Under the pieces are notes generated by a model. The model had not been told where the DNA came from. It saw only the letters and a program-made list of their open reading frames with translations, and searched no databases. From positions 1-34,735 of IMG/VR virus record IMGVR_UViG_3300011334_000294: a stretch of 34,735 nt of DNA; one strand, written 5' to 3'. Positions 15,074 to 23,556 of this stretch are shown here, in pieces. Position 1 is the stretch's first letter; each line of letters begins with the position of its first letter. The stretch is from a virus (taxonomy: Duplodnaviria; Caudoviricetes). The position numbers and the translations under genes are program-made.

Positions 15074-16503
15074 TGAAGACGCCGATCCTTGGGTCGGCGT
15101 ATGTCGCAAGAAGCGTCAACGCCGCAGACAACCGAATGGTCAACCTCTTTCCGGAAATCGTACCGGAAGGCGGCAAAGAGCCTGCCTTTCTTCAGCGCGC
15201 GCCGGGGTTATCCGTTTTAGCCACGCTGGGTACTGGACCTATTCGCGGTATGTGGCAGTTTGGTAGCTACGGCTATGCCGTGTCTGGCAATACGCTGTAC
15301 CAAATCGACAGCAACTGGAGCGCCACCGCTAAAGGCACGGTAAGCGGTACCGGCCCTGTCAGCATGGCCGACAACGGCACGCAGCTATTTATTGCTGCCA
15401 ACCCGCAAGGCTACATTTACAACGCTAGCACTGACGCGTTCCAACAAATTATTGACCCTGATTTCCCCGGCGCAGGTACAGTCGGCTACATTGACGGCTA
15501 TTTCGTATTCAACGAGCCGGGCACGCAGAAGATTTGGGTGACGTCGCTGCTTGACGGGACATCTATTGACCCGCTGGAGTTTGCCAGCGCCGAAGGCAAC
15601 CCAGACAATGTGATTGCGGTGTTTGTAGACCACCGCGAAGTATGGGTGTTTGGTACCAACTCGACCGAAGTTTGGTACGATGCAGGTTTGTTGGACTTCC
15701 CGCTGACGCGCATCCAAGGTGCGTTTAACGAACTGGGCTGCGCGGCGCCGTACTCTGTCGCCAAAATGGACAACCAACTCTACTGGCTCGGCAAAGACGC
15801 CCGCGGTCAAGGCATCGTATTTCGCGCGTCGGGTTATATTGGCCAGCGCGTGTCAACGCACGCTATTGAATGGCAGATGCAAGAGTACCCCGACATCTCA
15901 GACGCTGTTGGCTATACGTATCAGCAGGACGGCCACAGTTTCTACGTGCTGAACTTTCCGTCGGCTAACACCACTTGGGTGTACGACGTAGCGACCGGCG
16001 CATGGCATGAGCGCGCCTCGTTTGCGAACGGCCAGTTTAATCGTCACCGCGGCAATAGCCAGATGTACTTCAACAGCCAGAACGTCATCGGCGACTATCA
16101 GAACGGCAAGATATATAAGTTTGACCTTGAAGTGTACGCCGACGACGGCGCCCCGCAGAAATGGCTGCGGTCGTGGCGCGCGCTGCCGACCGGGGCTAAT
16201 AACTTAACCCGCACAATCCAGCATGGGATGCAGCTTGACTGCGAGACAGGCGTTGGGTTGAACAGCGGCCAAGGCAGCGACCCGCAAGTCATGCTGCGCT
16301 GGTCGGACGATGGTGGCCACACATGGTCAAACGAACACTGGAAGTCGATGGGTAAAATCGGGCGGTCTGGCTTTCGTACAATTTGGCGTCGGCTTGGCGC
16401 AACGATGAAAATACGCGACCGCGTCTACGAGGCGTCGGGCACTGATCCTGTGCGTATTTACATTATGGGGGCCGAACTGATATTGTCAGGGACGCGGGCC
16501 TAA
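15073..16503 (+). CDS. tail hub / DNA stabilisation protein, P22 gp10-like
   Basis: 476 aa beta-propeller; SAEG.PD, S.DGG.TWS and W.RLG motifs. Confidence 0.92.
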   Translation: MKTPILGSAYVARSVNAADNRMVNLFPEIVPEGGKEPAFLQRAPGLSVLATLGTGPIRGMWQFGSYGYAVSGNTLYQIDSNWSATAKGTVSGTGPVSMADNGTQLFIAANPQGYIYNASTDAFQQIIDPDFPGAGTVGYIDGYFVFNEPGTQKIWVTSLLDGTSIDPLEFASAEGNPDNVIAVFVDHREVWVFGTNSTEVWYDAGLLDFPLTRIQGAFNELGCAAPYSVAKMDNQLYWLGKDARGQGIVFRASGYIGQRVSTHAIEWQMQEYPDISDAVGYTYQQDGHSFYVLNFPSANTTWVYDVATGAWHERASFANGQFNRHRGNSQMYFNSQNVIGDYQNGKIYKFDLEVYADDGAPQKWLRSWRALPTGANNLTRTIQHGMQLDCETGVGLNSGQGSDPQVMLRWSDDGGHTWSNEHWKSMGKIGRSGFRTIWRRLGATMKIRDRVYEASGTDPVRIYIMGAELILSGTRA

Positions 16504-18692
16504 TGGCGTACAGCCCGATTAACCCTACGCAGATAACACCTCCTCGCGTCAATTTGATTGACGAGCGGTCAGGGGCTATCAGCCGCGAATGGTATAGGTT
16601 CTTTTTGTCGCTGGTAACAGCCACGCAAGCCAACCAAGAAAATACTGATTTAGCGCCCGATACCACATCGCTGATGGCGACTTATGACGCCATGCTGGCG
16701 TCGTTAGCGCAAGCGTCAGACACTGCTTTTGACGGCATGGTGCCGACTTTAGAGAGCAGCTTAAATAGTCTGCAAAATGCTTTTGGTGTAACGCCGCCCG
16801 ATCTTGGGGGCACTGTAACTTCAGTCGCTGCGTCTGGCGGCGCAACAGGGCTAACCTTTACTGGGTCGCCTATTACAACAAGCGGTACACTTACGCTTGG
16901 TGGCACACTTGGCGTTGGCTACGGTGGTACCGGCCAGACGTCTTATACGGACGGCCAGCTTTTAATTGGCAACAGCACAGGCAATACGCTGACTAAAGCA
17001 ACGCTGATTGCTGGCGCAAACATTACTATCACAAACGGCCCCGGATCAATTACGATTGCAGCTACGGGCGGCGGCGGGACTGGTACCGTAACGAGCGTTT
17101 CGGTTGTATCGACAAATGGCTTTGCAGGCACTGTAGCCAACCCTACAACAACGCCAGCCATAACAATTTCTACGACAGTCACCGGTTTGGTAAAGGGCAA
17201 CGGCACGGCGCTTTCGGCAGCTTCTGCGGGTACCGACTATGTAGCGCCGGGCGCTTACACGACCAGCGGCCTTACGATGGCAACCTCGCGCCTGCTCGGT
17301 CGCACAACGGCTGGCACGGGCGCCGCCGAAGAGATTAGCGTTGCGGGTGGCTTGACGCTGACCGGCGGTGTTTTGACCGGCACGTCCGGAACTGTCACCA
17401 GCGTCGGCGGCACAGGTTCAGTCAACGGCATCACGCTTACGGGGACTGTTACGTCTAGCGGAAACCTGACGCTTGGCGGAACGCTGTCAAACGTAAGTCT
17501 TACCGCGCAAGTCATAGGCACACTGCCGGTCGCAAATGGCGGGACGGGAACCGCAACAGCCTTCACGTCCGGATCGGTCGTGTTTGCTGGCGCTTCCGGC
17601 GTGTATACCCAAGACAACGCCAATTTCTTTTGGGATGATGCCAACAATCGTCTTGGCGTTGGAACCGCGTCACCCAGCGCCGTACTGCAAATCAATAAAG
17701 CAACCGGCGTAGTGGATTTGCGTCTGTCTGTCGGCGGGACGCTCTATGGAAACCTTTACGCATCGTCATCCGACGCAACTTTAACGTCTGTAACCGCAAT
17801 CCCCCTTGTTCTTGGAACTGATAGCACAACAAGGTTTCAGGTTGGCCCAGTTGGTCAATGGGGGATCGGCGGCGCAACTTACGGCACTGCTGGGCAAGTG
17901 CTTACTTCTGGCGGCGCGCTGGCTGCACCGACTTGGGCAACGCCGACTACAGGAACGGTTACAAGCGTCAGCGGCACAGGGACTGTCAACGGGATTACGC
18001 TGACCGGAACCGTGACAAGCACAGGATCATTGACGCTTGGCGGTACGCTATCTGGCGTCAGCCTTACGACGCAAGTGTCAGGCACGCTGCCTATCGCTAA
18101 CGGCGGGACCGGCTCGACATCAACGACCTATTGCAGCCTGACAACTAACGTCACTGGCACGCTTCCTGTCGGCAACGGCGGCACTGGCGCGACCACGTTC
18201 ACGGCTAATGCGTTGCTTAAAGGCAACACTACAAGCGCAATATCTGCGTCGAACGTATCTGATAACGGCTCAACGGTTAGCATCGGATCAGGCATTGGCT
18301 TTTCGATTGCACGCACGACAGTCACATCTCCAGCCGCTGCGGACGGAAATGTGTTCTCAGGAACCTATACGCCAACGTCATTCAACACGACAAACATCGC
18401 GGCCAGTACTCCACAGTCGGCGCAGTATCTGCGCGTCGGTAACACCGTGACAGTTTCTGGTCAGATTGACATTGACCCGACAGCAACAGGCTTTGCAATT
18501 CTTGGCCTGTCGTTGCCGATAGCCAGCGCGATTACATCAGCAGTTCAATTGTCCGGCGTATTCAATTCGCCCGACGCCACTGGCGGGGGCGTCTACGGCG
18601 ACGCGGCAAACGATAGGGCGACATTCCAGTTCACGGCGTCGTCTGCTTCTAACTTAACCTACTACTATACTTTTACGTACAGAGTGCTATGA
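16503..18692 (+). CDS. tail fibre with GTVTSV and LP.ANGGTG repeats
   Basis: 729 aa, Gly/Thr-rich with repeated modules. Confidence 0.8.
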   Translation: MAYSPINPTQITPPRVNLIDERSGAISREWYRFFLSLVTATQANQENTDLAPDTTSLMATYDAMLASLAQASDTAFDGMVPTLESSLNSLQNAFGVTPPDLGGTVTSVAASGGATGLTFTGSPITTSGTLTLGGTLGVGYGGTGQTSYTDGQLLIGNSTGNTLTKATLIAGANITITNGPGSITIAATGGGGTGTVTSVSVVSTNGFAGTVANPTTTPAITISTTVTGLVKGNGTALSAASAGTDYVAPGAYTTSGLTMATSRLLGRTTAGTGAAEEISVAGGLTLTGGVLTGTSGTVTSVGGTGSVNGITLTGTVTSSGNLTLGGTLSNVSLTAQVIGTLPVANGGTGTATAFTSGSVVFAGASGVYTQDNANFFWDDANNRLGVGTASPSAVLQINKATGVVDLRLSVGGTLYGNLYASSSDATLTSVTAIPLVLGTDSTTRFQVGPVGQWGIGGATYGTAGQVLTSGGALAAPTWATPTTGTVTSVSGTGTVNGITLTGTVTSTGSLTLGGTLSGVSLTTQVSGTLPIANGGTGSTSTTYCSLTTNVTGTLPVGNGGTGATTFTANALLKGNTTSAISASNVSDNGSTVSIGSGIGFSIARTTVTSPAAADGNVFSGTYTPTSFNTTNIAASTPQSAQYLRVGNTVTVSGQIDIDPTATGFAILGLSLPIASAITSAVQLSGVFNSPDATGGGVYGDAANDRATFQFTASSASNLTYYYTFTYRVL

Positions 18693-18728
18693 TGCGCGCG
18701 CATTTAGCGCGAAAAAGGAGATAGAATT

Positions 18729-20342
18729 ATGACTGTACATCTTTCCGCGCTTGCAGGTGCCGGGTGGCAGTTTTTAGATAACAACGGCGTCATTCTTTCC
18801 GGTGGCTTGCTGTACATCTATGCGGCAGGCACTACCACGCCTGCGACGACGTACACCAGCATCAGTGGGGCAACGCCTCACGCCAACCCAATCGTGCTGG
18901 ACAGCGCCGGACGCGTCGCGTCTGAAATCTGGATTACAGAAGGGACGTCCTGTAAGTTTACGTTGAAAACGTCAGCGGGCGTCGAAATCTGGACGAAAGA
19001 CAACATCGAAGGCATTAACGACGTGTCGGCGGCTATTGCTGCGGCTACGGCTGCCTTGGATGCGTTTGAGGCATCGCTTGCTGCCCCAACAGGTTCTTCG
19101 CTGGTTGGCTTTACGCAGCCCGGCGTCACGGCTGTTGCCCGCACGGTTCAGTCGCGCTTGCGCGACACTGTTTCCGTCAAGGACTTCGGCGCGGTCGGCG
19201 ACGGCGTAACAGACGACACCACCGAAATTCAGGCGGCGATTGATTACGCAGTGGCTAATGGCCGCGATCTGTTCATTCCAGACGGCACGTATATCGTTGA
19301 CCAGCTAGTCTATAACTCCACTGCATATGCGACAATGCCGTCCATTTACGGCAGCGGGCGCAACCAGACCATCCTCAAGAAAAAAGCCGGCTCGACTGTT
19401 GGCCCGCTTTTGACCATCGGCTCGTTTGCTGCGACCAACTTCATGGCGAACGTCACCATCGAAGGTATCACGTTTGACGGCCTGAACAGCAGCACAAGCA
19501 CTTTCGGCGTTCTGTGCTACAATTTCGTGCGTTCGCGGATTGTCAACTGCATTGTCAAGAACTGCGATTTCGGTGTGTATTTCCAAGGCGGCATTGCCTC
19601 TTGGCTTGTGGACTGCGTCGTCGTCAGCAACCGTCAAGGCTTTACCGCCGACAGCTTCGCATCCGCCGCCGGCGCAAACTGGCCCAACTACCACATCCTT
19701 CAACGCTGTATCGTTTCCGACAATACTCTATGGGGTGTGTATTTCGACAACGGGCGGATGCTTCGCCTACTCGACTGCGACATTGAAAACAACGGGACCG
19801 CCGCCGACACCGCCACCGGCGGTATCCGTGTTGGCCCTGACATTGACAGTGAAGACGCGGGCGCAAACCCGTTCGGCATCATTATCACGAACACATGGTT
19901 GGAAAGCAACAAGGGCACCGCGTCTATTGTCATGCTCTCTGGCCGCAACATGATTTACAACTGCAACATTGTAGCTAACGTGGACGCAGTTTACGACATC
20001 TACGCTGACGGCTGTAACTACAACCTGTACGAAAGCGTCATCACGACATCCAACTCTCCGTCGATTTTTGAGACGTCAACAGTGTTGGTCGGCAATACAA
20101 TTACGGCTGTGGCAGGGATTACGCTTGCCGAAATGACAATCCAACGCTGGAAGACGCAGTTGGATTTCGGCGGCTACTCAGGCGAACTGGCGCAGATGCC
20201 TGCTGGCTTGCCAGAAGGAACCCGCGGCTTTATCACCGACAGCACGGTAACAGCGTCCGGCAACTTTGGGGCGGTGATTACCGGCGGCGGCGTCAACTAT
20301 GTCCCCGCGTATTACGACGGCACAAACTGGAGGATTGGCTGA
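18729..20342 (+). CDS. tailspike/depolymerase, pectate-lyase-like beta-helix
   Basis: VSVKDFGAVGDGVTDDT..IQAAI...L.IP.GTY motif followed by beta-helix repeats. Confidence 0.9.
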   Translation: MTVHLSALAGAGWQFLDNNGVILSGGLLYIYAAGTTTPATTYTSISGATPHANPIVLDSAGRVASEIWITEGTSCKFTLKTSAGVEIWTKDNIEGINDVSAAIAAATAALDAFEASLAAPTGSSLVGFTQPGVTAVARTVQSRLRDTVSVKDFGAVGDGVTDDTTEIQAAIDYAVANGRDLFIPDGTYIVDQLVYNSTAYATMPSIYGSGRNQTILKKKAGSTVGPLLTIGSFAATNFMANVTIEGITFDGLNSSTSTFGVLCYNFVRSRIVNCIVKNCDFGVYFQGGIASWLVDCVVVSNRQGFTADSFASAAGANWPNYHILQRCIVSDNTLWGVYFDNGRMLRLLDCDIENNGTAADTATGGIRVGPDIDSEDAGANPFGIIITNTWLESNKGTASIVMLSGRNMIYNCNIVANVDAVYDIYADGCNYNLYESVITTSNSPSIFETSTVLVGNTITAVAGITLAEMTIQRWKTQLDFGGYSGELAQMPAGLPEGTRGFITDSTVTASGNFGAVITGGGVNYVPAYYDGTNWRIG

Positions 20343-20467
20343 TGCAAAACTTTGAACTTCTTTTGGCGTGTTACAAATCAGGCCAAGTTAGCGAACGTCA
20401 ATGGCAAGAGCATCTCAAGGATGCTGACTTTGCTGCTTGGCTGGCATCTGTCGAAGGGGCGCGGTAA
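20342..20467 (+). CDS. 41-aa protein MQNFELLLACYKSGQVSERQW...
   Basis: Translated by hand; TGATG and TAATG coupling at both ends. Confidence 0.65.
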   Translation: MQNFELLLACYKSGQVSERQWQEHLKDADFAAWLASVEGAR

Positions 20468-20802
20468 TGACCGTAACTATCAGTAACATCATTCCTGCCA
20501 AGACGGCGGAGAATACGCAAACAACTCAATACACGTCGAACGGCGTGCAGACGATCATCGACAAGTTCACGGCTACAAATTACAGCGGCACTGCTGCAAC
20601 GATTAGCGTCAACCTTGTCACGCCTGCGGGTGCCGCGGGCAACGATAACTTGATTGTCAAGACCAAAACGCTTCAGGCCAGCGAAACATATACGTTTCCT
20701 GAACTGGTCGGCCATGTGCTGCCTAACAACGGCTTCATCAGCACGGTTGCTGGCACGGCGTCGGCAATCAACATCCGCGCATCAGGCCGTCTAGTTAGCT
20801 AA
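20467..20802 (+). CDS. hypothetical beta-sandwich virion protein
   Basis: MTVTISNIIPAK...; translationally coupled. Confidence 0.75.
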   Translation: MTVTISNIIPAKTAENTQTTQYTSNGVQTIIDKFTATNYSGTAATISVNLVTPAGAAGNDNLIVKTKTLQASETYTFPELVGHVLPNNGFISTVAGTASAINIRASGRLVS

Positions 20803-21221
20803 TGCTGGAGCGTAGTTACGACAGCACGTTTATTAACAAGGTCGTAAACGATCCCGCGGTAAGGCCGTTCATAGGTAGCGGCGTCGACGGCGATATAGAT
20901 ACACGAATACTCGTGGATATGCCGGACAACTGGTTTCTGATGGGTGAACACGGCGGGTTTCTATTGGAGAAAACCGCCCCCGGTGTCCGTGAAGTACATA
21001 CATTTATTCTGCCTGAAGGCAGGGGTAAATGGGCGAACGATGCGCGCGCAGCTATGCTGAATTACGCGCGCGATCACGGCACGGAAAAGCTGTGGACTAA
21101 AATCGAGCCAGATAGTAAACACGTCATACGTTACGCCCGTCAAGGGGGTATGCAAAAGACAGATGAAATGATAGAGACGTTCGGTACACTTTACCGAATT
21201 TACCGGATGGAGTTAAGATAA
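20802..21221 (+). CDS. GNAT-fold protein of P22-like tail modules
   Basis: EVHT.ILPE.RG motif; position before the ejection genes. Confidence 0.75.
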   Translation: MLERSYDSTFINKVVNDPAVRPFIGSGVDGDIDTRILVDMPDNWFLMGEHGGFLLEKTAPGVREVHTFILPEGRGKWANDARAAMLNYARDHGTEKLWTKIEPDSKHVIRYARQGGMQKTDEMIETFGTLYRIYRMELR

Positions 21222-22045
21222 TGCCAATCGCACCTGCTGTCGGAGCCGCGCTAATTGGGGGAGCCGCCTCACTTGCAGGGGGTGTAATGGCCAGTAATGC
21301 GTCTAAGAAGGCGGCAAACGTACAAGCGCAAGCGGCGCGCGACGCGCAGGCGGCGCAGGATCGGCGGTATGAAGACCAAAAGGCTTTGCAAGAGCCGTTT
21401 CGTCAGGGCGGCCTAACCGCCCAACAGGAAATCATGCAGCTTTTAGGCATCGGCGGTGACAAGAACGCGCCCGGTTACGGCAGCCTTGGTAAATCCTTTG
21501 GCACTGAACAATTCCAGCAAGACCCCGGCTACGCTTTCCGTCAATCGGAAGGTATGAAGGCGCTTGAGCGGTCGGCAGCAGCGCGCGGCAACCTCATGTC
21601 GGGCAGCACCATGAAGGGCATCCAGCGTTTCGGTCAGGACTTGGCAAGCCAAGAATACCAGAACGCGTTTAACCGCTACCAGACAGAGCGCGCAGCCAAA
21701 CTGAACCCGCTGCAATCGTTGATGGGTTCCGGTCAATCGGCGGCGAATGTAATGACCGGCGCGGCTGGACAGATGGGCCAGAACGAAGCTGCGAACCTGT
21801 ACAACGCCGGGCAAGCCCGCGCGTCTGGCTACATCGGTTCGGCTAACGCGCTTAACAACGCACTAGGTCAGATAGGTTCTTTTGCCCAGCAAGCGCCGCT
21901 TAACAACGCTATGATGAAATATTACGACCGCGCTCCTGCAAGCGATAGCGGCAGTGTGGCACGCCCCGTCGGCGGTTCGCCTGCTAACCCTATTTTTGGG
22001 TACGACCCGATGGTGTCGCGCGGCCCATACCTGACAAACACGTAA
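21221..22045 (+). CDS. DNA ejection protein, P22 gp7-like
   Basis: Gly/Ala/Gln-rich; DPGY.F...G...ERSAAARG..SG.T motif. Confidence 0.85.
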   Translation: MPIAPAVGAALIGGAASLAGGVMASNASKKAANVQAQAARDAQAAQDRRYEDQKALQEPFRQGGLTAQQEIMQLLGIGGDKNAPGYGSLGKSFGTEQFQQDPGYAFRQSEGMKALERSAAARGNLMSGSTMKGIQRFGQDLASQEYQNAFNRYQTERAAKLNPLQSLMGSGQSAANVMTGAAGQMGQNEAANLYNAGQARASGYIGSANALNNALGQIGSFAQQAPLNNAMMKYYDRAPASDSGSVARPVGGSPANPIFGYDPMVSRGPYLTNT

Positions 22046-22056
22046 AGGTGTAACCC

Positions 22057-23556
22057 ATGCCAAACCAAATGATAGCCCTTCAATCGCGTAACCCACAAGT
22101 AGCCGATCCTTCGCGGATTACGGCGCAGTACGCGAACATGATGAACATGGCGCGACAGCAAGAAGCCGCGCAGCTTCAGGGTGATCGCGCGCGTCAGGAG
22201 ATGGAGTTTGCCCGCGCCGAAGAAGGTCGCAAGGCAGAACTGCAACCATTTGCGGTGACGGAGGCTCAATCGAAAGCAAATTCTGAACGTCTAAAGTACG
22301 TCATGGATTATTTCGACACTTCGGCGGTAGCCATTTATAACTCACGCAATCCGCGGCAAGCTATGGCGCTTGGCGACCGCATGAAGCAGTTGTTTCCAGA
22401 GCCAGAACTTCAACAGGCTATTGACGAAACATTAGCATCTATGCCGCAAGACCCCGGTCAATTTGAAGCTTGGCGCGAGGACAGTTTGTTTCGTACTTTA
22501 GACGCTAAAGAGCAATTAAAGCGCGAAAATAAGACGCAGACTACAGGTACGGAAACACGCGAAATTTCCTTCTCACCTTACGGTCGCGGCGGAGCCACAG
22601 AAATCCCCGGTTCACGTATTCAAGTTGCTGAAGGCATGACTTACGTCCGCGGCGCTGACGGCGCTATCTATCCTATGCCTACTAAAAGCGGCGGTAGTTT
22701 TGGTACGCCAGCGCCCGCTGCGGCGCCCGGTAAGGGTCAGTATGGCGCGGCGATTGAAGACGCGGTAATGAAACTCGCCCCCGGCACAACTGTGTCTGGG
22801 CGCGGACGCACGCAGGCGCGTAACGCGGAAGTCGGTGGCGTATCAAACAGCTACCACTTGTCCGACAACGCGCGCGACCTTCAACCCGCAAAAGGACAGT
22901 CGCTAGATCAACTTGCAGCAAGCCTCGCCCCGCTCAAACAGCAAGGCTTTGATGTTGTAATTGAGCGCCGCAAAAATCATGTCCATGTTGAACCGGGTCC
23001 GGGGATGTCGCGCGGCGGCGGATCAAACGCAGCGCCCGGCGGTCTTACACCTTTAATCCCCGGCAAAGCGCCAGCACCGGCAAAAGGTGATATCTCACCG
23101 GAGAAAAGAAAAGCGCGCGATCTTGCGGTTCAAGATTTGTACGACGCAGTCGTAGACGCACAGAAAAAAGGGCACCTTGTTTCAGATGCCAACAGTTATG
23201 TAGCCAATCGGGCGGCAGAACTTCGGCGTGACCGCCCATATGTGCCGGGCGGCACAGCACAAAAGACAAGCCTAGATAACATTGAGGCGAACGCGGCTCA
23301 ACTTTTGCGTCAGATTATTCAAGAAGGTACATCAGGTACGCTGAACGCAGTGGCAGAACAAAAACTGTTTTTGAAGGGTGTCGGCGGCGCTGACTCCACT
23401 TACGAAACACGCCTAAGAACTATCCGCAATTTTGCTAAACAGAACGGCATCAAACTAAACGAAGCCGGCACTGCCAAACCAAAAGCGGCGGCCACAAAGA
23501 CGCCAGTACCGCGTAAAGCAAGCGGTGGATTTACGGTTGTAAGGGTTGAAGACTAA
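22057..23556 (+). CDS. ejection protein (gp20 position) with an internal M15-type peptidase domain
   Basis: R....N..VGG..NS.H....A.D and HVH motifs at about 22770-23000. Confidence 0.75.
   Translation: MPNQMIALQSRNPQVADPSRITAQYANMMNMARQQEAAQLQGDRARQEMEFARAEEGRKAELQPFAVTEAQSKANSERLKYVMDYFDTSAVAIYNSRNPRQAMALGDRMKQLFPEPELQQAIDETLASMPQDPGQFEAWREDSLFRTLDAKEQLKRENKTQTTGTETREISFSPYGRGGATEIPGSRIQVAEGMTYVRGADGAIYPMPTKSGGSFGTPAPAAAPGKGQYGAAIEDAVMKLAPGTTVSGRGRTQARNAEVGGVSNSYHLSDNARDLQPAKGQSLDQLAASLAPLKQQGFDVVIERRKNHVHVEPGPGMSRGGGSNAAPGGLTPLIPGKAPAPAKGDISPEKRKARDLAVQDLYDAVVDAQKKGHLVSDANSYVANRAAELRRDRPYVPGGTAQKTSLDNIEANAAQLLRQIIQEGTSGTLNAVAEQKLFLKGVGGADSTYETRLRTIRNFAKQNGIKLNEAGTAKPKAAATKTPVPRKASGGFTVVRVED

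Noticed and set aside
16503-18692. Tail fibre repeats as a diversity-generating retroelement TR/VR pair
   Set aside because: No reverse transcriptase. Both copies are in frame within the gene and differences are not adenine-specific.
20802-21221. GNAT protein as a toxin or DNA-modification system
   Set aside because: Its position before the ejection genes is the usual one in P22-like podoviruses, and no partner genes are present.
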